DNA from: a virus
Taxonomy: Duplodnaviria; Heunggongvirae; Uroviricota; Caudoviricetes
Strand: one strand, 5' to 3'
Length of the DNA: 64,000 nt
IMG/VR virus record: IMGVR_UViG_3300017987_005500
The notes under the pieces are model-generated. The model did no database searches. It had not been told where the DNA came from and saw only the letters and a list, made by a program, of their open reading frames with translations. This document shows positions 55,963-64,000 of the stretch, in pieces (within the stretch, counting starts at the first letter, position 1; every line of letters starts with the position of its first letter). Both the position numbers and the translations under genes were made by a program.

Positions 55963-58638
55963 TTATTGCTGAAAAGCAATTCTCCAGCCATTACTCGAAT
56001 TATAATATACTAAACTAAAGGACGCATAATCTATATTTATGTTCATGTCCTCTGATAACCCCATTATTCTTTCTCCATTTCTTCCAACGACTGTATTATT
56101 TACACTACATAATCCAGCACCATCAACAAATGTAACCATTGTGCCAAATTTTGGAGAAGGTGGTAAAGTAATTTCAAATGATGAAGTTGAATCAATTAAG
56201 AACTTATCGTTATGTTTTGCAGTTACAGCTCCGTCTGCTTCAGTCCATTCATTTGTGAAATCAGTATTATCACTTCTTGAAATTTCATGCCAACCACTTG
56301 ATCCATATATAAATGTTATATTATCTAATTGATTAGGTGAGAAGTCTTTAGCTCCTTTTAACCTAATGTTGGCACTATTTTGAATTGTTGTATTATCATC
56401 TCCAATCATCAATGTAAATTCAATTCCAGCAGTTGCGTCATCGAAATTAGTAATTGTAGTCGGAGTTGTATTTGAAGTTAGGAGAATACCATTCTTATTT
56501 CCTCCAAGAAGAACACTCGGAGTACTATCCCCATCTGGGATTGTCGAGTTCCCTGAGTGTCTCATCACCTCATTATAAATTGCATCATCAAGATTCCCAA
56601 CTGATGAAGTTAAATTATCACCTTGGGAAATATATCGAATTGATGAATAACTTGGCATTGTAGCGCCTATGCTAACTTTACCCATGTAATCTCTCATGTT
56701 ACCCATTTCTCCAGTTGGAGATGACGCATAAAGAGCTGTGTCAAGTTGAGAAATTGCAATTGATAAATTAGCACTCGAGTCTATAAAATAATGAGACCCA
56801 TATACAGGAGTTGTCTGAGTATCTCCAGTCGATCCAACAAACTCTTGTAGGTTGTCCTTACATGATTCCAAAGGAGTTATTAAGTTAGGTAACCCATCAT
56901 TATCTTCACTCGGAGTCTTATAAACATCAGCATATAATGTTGAAATATTCTTTGCATTATCTGTATTACTATGTACGATACGTTGGTCAGGATCGTATAT
57001 GACTCCATAATCATCTAAAGATGCCCAAGTTATAAATTGAGCTCTCACTCTTAAATCATTTTCTTGAGTTTTATCAACTAGAGATGTTAATGTTGCCGTT
57101 GCTCCAGACGTACTACCGACAATGGTTTCCCCCAATTGGAAATCATTGGGACCTGTCGTATAATTAATTCCAATTACTGACGTACTATCTGTCCATAAGA
57201 CATGACCTCGCTTATGACTTATACTTCCTTCAACTTCTTCTCCGATTACAAATCCAAGAGCTGAAGTTGAGTCAAGACCAAGTACATATTCTGCAAAGTA
57301 ATGTATTCTATTTAATGTAGCAGGACCCCAAGTTTCACCGCCGTCATTTGATAATTCCCAAATTACAGTTCCCGTACCGTCACCGCTTAACTGACAATGT
57401 TGAACTGCGGTTGAATCATAATCTTCAGACAGAGATTTTGAATAAAACCAATCTCCAGGAAGACCTTCCATATGGAAATTTTGGGTATTTATTTCGGCAG
57501 TTGTTTTTGTGGTATCAACTAAATCGAGATTTATGAATGTATCAACAGTTAATCTTTTATAAATTGAAGCGAGCATTAAATCTTGGTATCTATCATACCA
57601 ATCACCAGTTCCCTCAATTGGGGAACCTCCGCCTTCTCCGATAACTCTGGCGGGAGTTAACCACATTGAACATTCTAAAGTACTTGAACCCGGTGTTACA
57701 CAAACTCCTAAGAATTGTGGAAATTCACCAGGAATTAAATCTGTAACTGTTCCAGGATGTGTCTTTGATAAATATACATTCTCTCCATATTCAATTGTTC
57801 TTCCCGGTTCAATTGGGACATGATCGATCTCACCATAGAGTCTTACTTTACCATCTCCATTATGAGCAGGTCCGACTTGAAGAACTCCGGCATCTGCTAA
57901 AGTCGCATTACTTGTTGCTGAGGCAGGATGACATTTTCCATCAAGTCCAACATAAACCATTTGACCAATTTCACATAGAGTTGTATCTGCTACAACTCTT
58001 ACTGCACCAAACCTTTCCCAGGTTCCATGCATTCCATAATAAACTTCATCTCTATCTCTTACATATATTATACGACCTTCATCATACTCTGGTCTATATG
58101 GCCAAGGTAATGAATTTTCAGTTCCTAAATAGTATTGACAATACTCTCTTTTATTATCTTCATTTTCAGGATCCCAGTCGTATACTGAGTCTATTTCAAA
58201 ATTTGTGCCATTGAATGTGACTTTAACTGCTTTAAGAAATACATGCGCTTGTTTATTAAAAAGACCTCTTTCAGTAGGTTTGAGTAATTGAATAGATCCT
58301 TTTGGAGCTGGTCTTGCTTTGACAAATTCATAATTTAAAAGAACGTAATAATATCCAGCTTCATTAAACGGCGGTGATACATAAAATTGTGGATCAGTGA
58401 AATCTACTGTAAAATCATTGTCTACGGAAAAATAAACATCATCTTTAAATACCTCACCTGATTTAACAACTACGTGAGTGAGAGGAGATGTTGAATCAAT
58501 TTCCACGTCAATAGAGTGCGGACTATGTAAACAGTCTTGTCCTCGAGATATCATTCGTGTAAGTCTATTGACTACATTACTATGATAACTCGCGTATGGA
58601 TCAACTGATCTCGTCTGACTTGGGTATATGTTTCCCAT
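55963..58638 (-). CDS. Large baseplate/tail structural protein
   Basis: First gene of the structural unit; mosaic of modules shared with downstream fibres. Confidence 0.6.
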   Translation of the reverse strand: MGNIYPSQTRSVDPYASYHSNVVNRLTRMISRGQDCLHSPHSIDVEIDSTSPLTHVVVKSGEVFKDDVYFSVDNDFTVDFTDPQFYVSPPFNEAGYYYVLLNYEFVKARPAPKGSIQLLKPTERGLFNKQAHVFLKAVKVTFNGTNFEIDSVYDWDPENEDNKREYCQYYLGTENSLPWPYRPEYDEGRIIYVRDRDEVYYGMHGTWERFGAVRVVADTTLCEIGQMVYVGLDGKCHPASATSNATLADAGVLQVGPAHNGDGKVRLYGEIDHVPIEPGRTIEYGENVYLSKTHPGTVTDLIPGEFPQFLGVCVTPGSSTLECSMWLTPARVIGEGGGSPIEGTGDWYDRYQDLMLASIYKRLTVDTFINLDLVDTTKTTAEINTQNFHMEGLPGDWFYSKSLSEDYDSTAVQHCQLSGDGTGTVIWELSNDGGETWGPATLNRIHYFAEYVLGLDSTSALGFVIGEEVEGSISHKRGHVLWTDSTSVIGINYTTGPNDFQLGETIVGSTSGATATLTSLVDKTQENDLRVRAQFITWASLDDYGVIYDPDQRIVHSNTDNAKNISTLYADVYKTPSEDNDGLPNLITPLESCKDNLQEFVGSTGDTQTTPVYGSHYFIDSSANLSIAISQLDTALYASSPTGEMGNMRDYMGKVSIGATMPSYSSIRYISQGDNLTSSVGNLDDAIYNEVMRHSGNSTIPDGDSTPSVLLGGNKNGILLTSNTTPTTITNFDDATAGIEFTLMIGDDNTTIQNSANIRLKGAKDFSPNQLDNITFIYGSSGWHEISRSDNTDFTNEWTEADGAVTAKHNDKFLIDSTSSFEITLPPSPKFGTMVTFVDGAGLCSVNNTVVGRNGERIMGLSEDMNINIDYASFSLVYYNSSNGWRIAFQQ

Positions 58639-58695
58639 TTAAATCTCTCCTAAATTATTTGAATTCCTTTCATACGCATGTCGATAGATTTTAAT

Positions 58696-58705
58696 TTTGT
58701 TCTTG
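58696..58705 (-). promoter_or_regulatory. Putative late-promoter motif AGAACAAA
   Basis: 58 nt upstream of 58638, in the context GCAAGAACAAAATTAA. Confidence 0.55.
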
Positions 58706-58799
58706 CTACGGACATTGTTTAGTAGTGTACACAAGGGATTCTTTTTAGAGATGAATTCTCAATGATTTCGTAAAGATGTGTGGAATAAAAGGATAGGGT

Positions 58800-58827
58800 A
58801 GGGCGCCAGTATTTTAACCAGCGCCCT
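58800..58827 (-). terminator. Hairpin after 58892..59746
   Basis: AGGGCGC-N14-GCGCCCT. Confidence 0.5.
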
Positions 58828-58891
58828 GTAACATACTCGTAATTGTAAAATAATTTTCTCTGTATTTGGGTTTGAGTATTTGTTCTTCAGT

Positions 58892-59746
58892 TTATATAAG
58901 ATTAGATTTTCTTAGTTGTTCTGCAACTTCTTCCATAGTTGGACTATTCCCTTTAATTACAATTGCCTTCCACCCATCTTCAGCAATTTTTGTGTATTTA
59001 TTAGGATCTGAAGCAAGCTCTCTATTATGCCAAAATGTATCTGGAAAAAAGAATGCTACTTTCAATTCCGGGATTGCAATATCTGTTATAAAACTATACT
59101 TTAAATGTGTCGTCCCAGGAAATGCTCCGCTTCCTGAACTCTCCTCAATAAAATAATTTTCTCTTGCCGTAATGTTGCCCATTAATTCTTCAATATTATA
59201 AGCAAGTTCAGTTCTTGTATATAGAGGATCTTGTGTAGCTTCAGGACCTTTGATGTCTTTAATATCTTGATCGAATGAAATGTCATCTGCTTCTTCAAGC
59301 ATTATATCGTCGATAGTTACTTCTTCAATTGGAACTTCTGCCTCAGGTGGTTTATCTTCATGCTCTTTGAAAATATCTTTAAACTTTGCTTTATTAACAA
59401 CACTTAAATGTTGCTTTTGTTGTTCAGTGACAAGAGGAGTTCCGAATTTATTTTTATAGGACTCTGGACTCATTCCATGAAATTTTAGATGTGATTGTGT
59501 AATTGCTTTGAAGTCTTTTCCACATACCTGACATACAATTCTTGTCCCATCTTCATTTAATTCAGGAAAGTTTAATTCAGTTTGAATGTCTTCTTCGTCA
59601 GTTATTTCATCATTTTGCATTAATGATGGAGGAGGTTGTACTGGTTTTTCTTCTTCGATAATTTCATCTTCTTTAAGATCATCTAACCCAGTGAATTTTA
59701 TTTCATCTCCATCACCAACAAACGCGTCGTCATATTGGTTTTCCAT
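58892..59746 (-). CDS. Acidic protein with Ros/MucR-like Zn finger and C-terminal DUF559/PD-(D/E)xK-like domain
   Basis: CQVCGKDFKAITQSHLKFHGMS.E.YK.KFG; FITDIAIPELKVA...DTFWH. Confidence 0.6.
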   Translation of the reverse strand: MENQYDDAFVGDGDEIKFTGLDDLKEDEIIEEEKPVQPPPSLMQNDEITDEEDIQTELNFPELNEDGTRIVCQVCGKDFKAITQSHLKFHGMSPESYKNKFGTPLVTEQQKQHLSVVNKAKFKDIFKEHEDKPPEAEVPIEEVTIDDIMLEEADDISFDQDIKDIKGPEATQDPLYTRTELAYNIEELMGNITARENYFIEESSGSGAFPGTTHLKYSFITDIAIPELKVAFFFPDTFWHNRELASDPNKYTKIAEDGWKAIVIKGNSPTMEEVAEQLRKSNLI

Positions 59747-59797
59747 AATTCATCCTTTCGATTATATAGATTCGATTATCCAAATTTTAATTTGTTT

Positions 59798-59807
59798 TTT
59801 GTTCTAC
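59798..59807 (-). promoter_or_regulatory. Putative late-promoter motif AGAACAAA
   Basis: 52 nt upstream of 59746. Confidence 0.45.
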
Positions 59808-59878
59808 ATAATTACCCATAAAGAATATAAAAAAATTAAAAGTAACATAATTAAAAAAATATGTTTAGTATATAATCC

Positions 59879-59891
59879 TATATATATTAAT
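59879..59891 (+). promoter_or_regulatory. Putative early-promoter motif TATATATATTAAT
   Basis: Exact copy 39 nt upstream of 59930. Confidence 0.6.
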
Positions 59892-59929
59892 TTCTATAGG
59901 AAGTTATTATAAATTTTTTAGGAGGAGGA

Positions 59930-60505
59930 ATGAAAACATTTTATACATTACTTCTGCTATCAGTTGCAACAATGTGTTTTGCTAAGACTTTAAATTATGA
60001 AGCATATCGTGATATAACTCATTACGATACATATTTTAAAGAGTATTCAAACAAGTTTTTTGGTAACGAGTTTGATTGGAAACTTTTTAAATCTCAGGCA
60101 ATTGCTGAGTCAAATTTCAATGTCTTTGCAAAATCAAAAGCTGGGGCAGAAGGACTTATGCAAGTAATGCCAGATACTTTTAAAGAAGTTAGTACAAAGT
60201 GTCCAGATGTAAAAGGTTCGTCGTATGATGCAAAATCAAATATTGCAGCAGGAATTTATTATAACAGGGAATTATATGAACTCTGGAAAACTAAGAAAGG
60301 AGAAGAAAGGATTTTATTTATGCTTGCCTCATATAATGCAGGCAAAGGAAACATTATTAAAGCTCAAAAGGAAGCAATCAGTATTGGTGAAGATCCTCAT
60401 AAATGGGATTCAATTAAGCAAACATTACATAAAGTTACAGGAAACCGAAGTAAAGAAACAATTAATTATGTAAGACGTGTTAAGAAGATTAGGAGGGAAA
60501 TATAA
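59930..60505 (+). CDS. Lytic transglycosylase (SLT domain, MltF-like) with signal peptide
   Basis: AESNF...A.S.AGA.GLMQVMP, ASYNAG, ET.NYV; N-terminal MKTFYTLLLLSVATMCFA. Confidence 0.9.
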   Translation: MKTFYTLLLLSVATMCFAKTLNYEAYRDITHYDTYFKEYSNKFFGNEFDWKLFKSQAIAESNFNVFAKSKAGAEGLMQVMPDTFKEVSTKCPDVKGSSYDAKSNIAAGIYYNRELYELWKTKKGEERILFMLASYNAGKGNIIKAQKEAISIGEDPHKWDSIKQTLHKVTGNRSKETINYVRRVKKIRREI

Positions 60506-60756
60506 TGAGTTTCCCATTTGATCAAATAAGAAATGTAAGAAATAAGTTACTCTTATTGTCTCTTGAAGATTTAAAAGAGATATTAGGAAGACATGATGAA
60601 TGGTTTAATAGTTGGGATGAATTTCCCGATGAAAGACGTAGAGTGAATGAAGAAGATCACCCTGAGATTATTGATTGGATTATGGAAACTGATCCAATCA
60701 CAACTCAGGGAGGACTCTTAGACTTTTTGAAACAATCGACTGAAATATACAATTAA
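60505..60756 (+). CDS. Hypothetical protein
   Basis: 83-aa ORF coupled by TAATG. Confidence 0.55.
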   Translation: MSFPFDQIRNVRNKLLLLSLEDLKEILGRHDEWFNSWDEFPDERRRVNEEDHPEIIDWIMETDPITTQGGLLDFLKQSTEIYN

Positions 60757-60886
60757 TACATATTAAGTTGGAATGACTCCAATCGTATTACGACAAAATA
60801 GTTTTGACTGTGAATGCTTTATGACTATATAAAGCAACTGATAAATGATTATATAAAACTATAATGTTTAGTAATAGGAGTTAAAA

Positions 60887-61762
60887 ATGTTAAAAGTACA
60901 CTTGTTACTTATAGATCCTCAAAACGATTTCTGTTATCCGGGTTTTGATATTTATGCTCAAGCTATGGGTTTAGACTCTATTGACCCAAAAGCAATTCCT
61001 GAAGCATGGTATAAAGAAGGTTCTCTTTATGTACCCGGCGCATTTGAAGATATGATTCGAGTTGGTGAAATGATTCAAAGAATCGGCGATAAAATATATG
61101 ACATGCATGTTACTCTTGACACACATCATCATTTAGATATTGCCCATCCATCATTCTGGGTTTCTGGCTCAGATGGAAAAGTTAACCCGAATCCTTTTAC
61201 CCTTATCACTCCAGACGATGTTGACAGTGGTGTTTGGAGATGCGCAATTCCTAGTTGGCAAGACAGAGCTGTTAAATACGTTCATTCATTGAAAGACAAT
61301 GATCGTTATATGCTTTGCATTTGGCCACCTCATTGTTTAATCGGTACTTATGGACATAATATAGTAAGTCCATTGAGCGATGCATTATTAGACTGGGAAA
61401 AGAAAGCAGGATGGATTGACTATGTAACAAAAGGATCAAATATGTTCACTGAACATTATTCAGCTGTCTGTGCTGATGTTCCAGATCCTGAAGATCCCAC
61501 AACAGACATTAATCGACCCTTAATTGAAGTTCTCGAAAAAGGAGAACTCATTGCAGTTGCCGGCCAAGCTCAATCTCATTGTGTTGCAAATACAATCAGA
61601 GATATTGCCGAAGAATTTGGTGAAGAACACACCAAGAAAATAGTACTCTTAGAAGATGCTATGTCAAATGTTCCTGGTTTTGAAGACCTCGGAACTAAAT
61701 TCTTTGATGATATGAAAGCTATGGGCGTTACAATCACAAAAACAACTGAACTGCTTGCTTAA
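60887..61762 (+). CDS. Nicotinamidase/isochorismatase-family cysteine hydrolase (PncA-like)
   Basis: IDPQNDF, DTH, WPPHC, KG.N, SHCV: Asp-Lys-Cys triad plus metal ligands. Confidence 0.85.
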   Translation: MLKVHLLLIDPQNDFCYPGFDIYAQAMGLDSIDPKAIPEAWYKEGSLYVPGAFEDMIRVGEMIQRIGDKIYDMHVTLDTHHHLDIAHPSFWVSGSDGKVNPNPFTLITPDDVDSGVWRCAIPSWQDRAVKYVHSLKDNDRYMLCIWPPHCLIGTYGHNIVSPLSDALLDWEKKAGWIDYVTKGSNMFTEHYSAVCADVPDPEDPTTDINRPLIEVLEKGELIAVAGQAQSHCVANTIRDIAEEFGEEHTKKIVLLEDAMSNVPGFEDLGTKFFDDMKAMGVTITKTTELLA

Positions 61763-61777
61763 GGGGAGATTATAAAC

Positions 61778-62563
61778 ATGCCAAGAATTGATACATTAGA
61801 AGATCAAATGGAAGAAATGAGCATTCCCGGACCTGGGACTTTCAAATTTTCAGCAATAAAACCTGACGTTCTCGCTGAAGAGGGCGCCTCAGAATATACT
61901 CTTGTAACAATATGCATTGACAGATCTGGCAGCGTTAGATCGTTTAAAGGCGATCTTCTCGATTGTATTAAAGCAATCGTTAAAGCATGTCTAAAGTCTG
62001 AAAGATCAGAGAACCTTATGTTAAGAGTTCTTACTTTCAGCAACGACTTAGAAGAAGTTCATGGTTTCAAAGAACTTCACACAATCGACCCGAGCACATA
62101 CGATGACTTTAATCCTTACGGCGGAACTGCATTATATGACTCCGCTTATTCAGGAATTGGTGCTTCAATAACATACGCCGAAACATTAATCAATAATGGT
62201 TTTAATGTAAATGGCGCAGTATATATCGTGACTGATGGAGTTGACAATTCATCAACACGTGATGCTAAACATATAAAAGAACTCACTGATGAAGCACTCA
62301 GAGGTGAGAAAATTGAATCTTTGATTTCCATTCTTATTGGATTGAAAGATCCCAATGAAAAAGATACTTATTGGAAAAATGAGGTTACTAAAAGATTGGA
62401 TGAGTTTAAAGATGAGGGAGGTCTTACAGAATATCTTGAAGTTGGTGAAGTAACTCCTCAAAAGCTTGCCAAACTTGCTGAATTTGTTTCTCAGAGTGTT
62501 TCCAGTCAAAGTAATGCAATAACAACTGGCGCTCCATCAAATCCAATTCCCGTTACTTTCTAA
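61778..62563 (+). CDS. vWA (TerY-like) domain protein
   Basis: MIDAS DRSGS, GGTALYD, VTDG. Confidence 0.85.
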   Translation: MPRIDTLEDQMEEMSIPGPGTFKFSAIKPDVLAEEGASEYTLVTICIDRSGSVRSFKGDLLDCIKAIVKACLKSERSENLMLRVLTFSNDLEEVHGFKELHTIDPSTYDDFNPYGGTALYDSAYSGIGASITYAETLINNGFNVNGAVYIVTDGVDNSSTRDAKHIKELTDEALRGEKIESLISILIGLKDPNEKDTYWKNEVTKRLDEFKDEGGLTEYLEVGEVTPQKLAKLAEFVSQSVSSQSNAITTGAPSNPIPVTF

Positions 62564-62575
62564 ATTAATTATTAA

Positions 62576-62607
62576 CATTATGGGGGTTATTTATAATCCC
62601 CATAATG
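62576..62607 (+). terminator. Stem-loop after the vWA gene
   Basis: CATTATGGGG...CCCCATAATG; no U-tract. Confidence 0.4.
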
Positions 62608-62623
62608 TATAAAGGAAATATAT

Positions 62624-62779
62624 ATGAGCAAAGAAGATAAAAAATTCTTAAAATTTTTGACAGCTATGATGATCATATTTGTTATATCTATATTGCTTAT
62701 GAAATATACAATGGGTGATGATATGAGACAAGCTAAAATAAATGCACATAATCAATATTACCACGGAGAAGGTCCATGA
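62624..62779 (+). CDS. 51-aa single-pass membrane peptide
   Basis: Hand translation MSKEDKKFLKFLTAMMIIFVISILLMKYTMG...; AAGGA RBS; ATGA overlap with the PP2C gene. Confidence 0.55.
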   Translation: MSKEDKKFLKFLTAMMIIFVISILLMKYTMGDDMRQAKINAHNQYYHGEGP

Positions 62780-63612
62780 ATATTAAAATTTTTACTGATT
62801 GGTTTCTAGCACAAGGATCCACTCATAGGATATGTCAGGATTATACATGGGTTGGAGAAAATTATGCTATTATTGCAGATGGGTGTTCTTCATCAAAATA
62901 TAAAATCAATGGAAAAAAGCATCCTGCTCCAACTGATATGGGCGCTAGACTTCTTTGTCATTCAGCAAAATACTTTTTAGAATTACAAAGAGGTACTATT
63001 CCAGCTTATAAAACATTTGGTATTCAAGTAATTGCATTTGCAGATTTATGGTGTCAAATGCTTCATCTTCCAGTTGAATGTTTAGATGCAACTCTTATGG
63101 TTGCTTTTGTTCAAAATGGTTCAATTCATGTATATCGTTATGGAGATGGATATCTTATATATGAAGATGCAAATGATAAGCATTATATGAAATTTGAATA
63201 CTCTGGTAATGCTCCATATTATTTATCATATTGGAATGACGATGATAGACGAAAAAGATATGAAGATGAATATGGCGGAGAGTGTGAGTTCAGTGCTTCT
63301 GTAAGTGGTGATGAATGGGAAGTTAAAAATAAGGTAAGAGAAATTGAGTGTGCATCTGAATACTTTGTTACAGATAAATCAACAACTGTAACATTATTAT
63401 CAGATGGTGCTGTATCATTCTTATCAAAATATTCTGGTAAAATTATACCTTATGCTGACTTACACGTTTTAAATCATTTTACAGAACTCAAACCTGGCGG
63501 TGCTTATATAAGACGACGTTGGAATGTGGCAAATAAAGTTTTTAAGAAAGATGAAATTGAACATACTGATGACTTATCAATTGCCGGTATTCATATTAAA
63601 TCGGAGGGTTAA
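62776..63612 (+). CDS. PP2C-like protein phosphatase
   Basis: CQDY, IADGCSS, DATL, YGDG, LLSDG, DDLS. Confidence 0.85.
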   Translation: MNIKIFTDWFLAQGSTHRICQDYTWVGENYAIIADGCSSSKYKINGKKHPAPTDMGARLLCHSAKYFLELQRGTIPAYKTFGIQVIAFADLWCQMLHLPVECLDATLMVAFVQNGSIHVYRYGDGYLIYEDANDKHYMKFEYSGNAPYYLSYWNDDDRRKRYEDEYGGECEFSASVSGDEWEVKNKVREIECASEYFVTDKSTTVTLLSDGAVSFLSKYSGKIIPYADLHVLNHFTELKPGGAYIRRRWNVANKVFKKDEIEHTDDLSIAGIHIKSEG

Positions 63613-64000
63613 ATGGACGACATCTTTGAACGAGGGAAAGGTAAAGTTAAATTTACAAAGAATGACTTTGCTTCCTCGGGAGGTGAAGCAAAGGTATATA
63701 AAAAGGGTAACATATGTTATAAGGTATTTCATACTCCAAAGAAGATGATCCCAGAAGGGAAGATTGGAGAACTTCAAACTTTAGACATGCCCAATATAAT
63801 AAAACCTCTCAGTATACTTTTAAACAAAAATAATACTCCAATTGGATTTACTTCAGCTTGGGTTGACGGTCTTCCTTTATGTAAAGTTTTTGTAACTGGG
63901 TTTCGAAAGAGAAACGGGATTACTGATGACCATGCAGTTGAACTCGTTAAAAATATGTGCAAAACAACTCATTTCATTCATAGCAAGAAATGTGTTATCG
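63613..64000 (+). CDS. Ser/Thr protein kinase (YegI-like), runs off window
   Basis: Hand translation: SSGGEAKVY, YKVF, NIIKP, ..HFIHSKKCVI leading into the expected catalytic loop. Confidence 0.8.
   Translation, partial: MDDIFERGKGKVKFTKNDFASSGGEAKVYKKGNICYKVFHTPKKMIPEGKIGELQTLDMPNIIKPLSILLNKNNTPIGFTSAWVDGLPLCKVFVTGFRKRNGITDDHAVELVKNMCKTTHFIHSKKCVI

Noticed and set aside
58639-58891. 250-bp intergenic gap as an ncRNA
   Set aside because: Explained by a terminator plus promoter motifs; no further convincing structure by eye.
10576-61762. PRT + NUDIX + nicotinamidase as an NAD reconstitution pathway
   Set aside because: The genes are far apart and in different expression classes. The PRT looks like a purine PRT, and no NMN adenylyltransferase or Nampt/NAPRT is visible here.
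1-64000. Alternative genetic code (stop-codon recoding seen in some jumbo phages)
   Set aside because: Standard-code ORFs tile the window densely with intact domains; TAA dominates and TGA and TAG end genes normally.

Overview
AT-rich window of a jumbo tailed phage genome (Caudoviricetes), standard genetic code. The host is probably an anaerobic sulfate reducer, judging from a Desulfovibrio-like DsrC domain, four radical SAM enzymes and an anaerobe-type GAF domain. Most genes lie on the minus strand and encode mosaic virion, tail-fibre or decoration proteins. These include six paralogous beta-propellers interleaved with glycosyltransferases, three tail-collar paralogues and two Gly-rich fibres plus a 41-aa stub. 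Minus-strand units are preceded by an AGAACAAA motif (putative late promoter). Four short plus-strand cassettes each start after an exact TATATATATTAAT motif (putative early promoter). Main candidates for new biology: (1) two radical SAM/SPASM enzymes plus a helper next to two small peptides with a 4-residue Cys/aromatic/Asn register, suggesting a phage RiPP-like system; (2) a Cys-free DsrC domain fused to a putative virion-targeting N-terminus; (3) a putative virion glycosylation system, with a DST[A/S] tetrapeptide strongly enriched in structural proteins; (4) a nicotinamidase-vWA-PP2C-kinase (TerY-P-like) module; (5) a membrane J-domain protein. All functional calls come from motif recognition by eye; no database searches were run.
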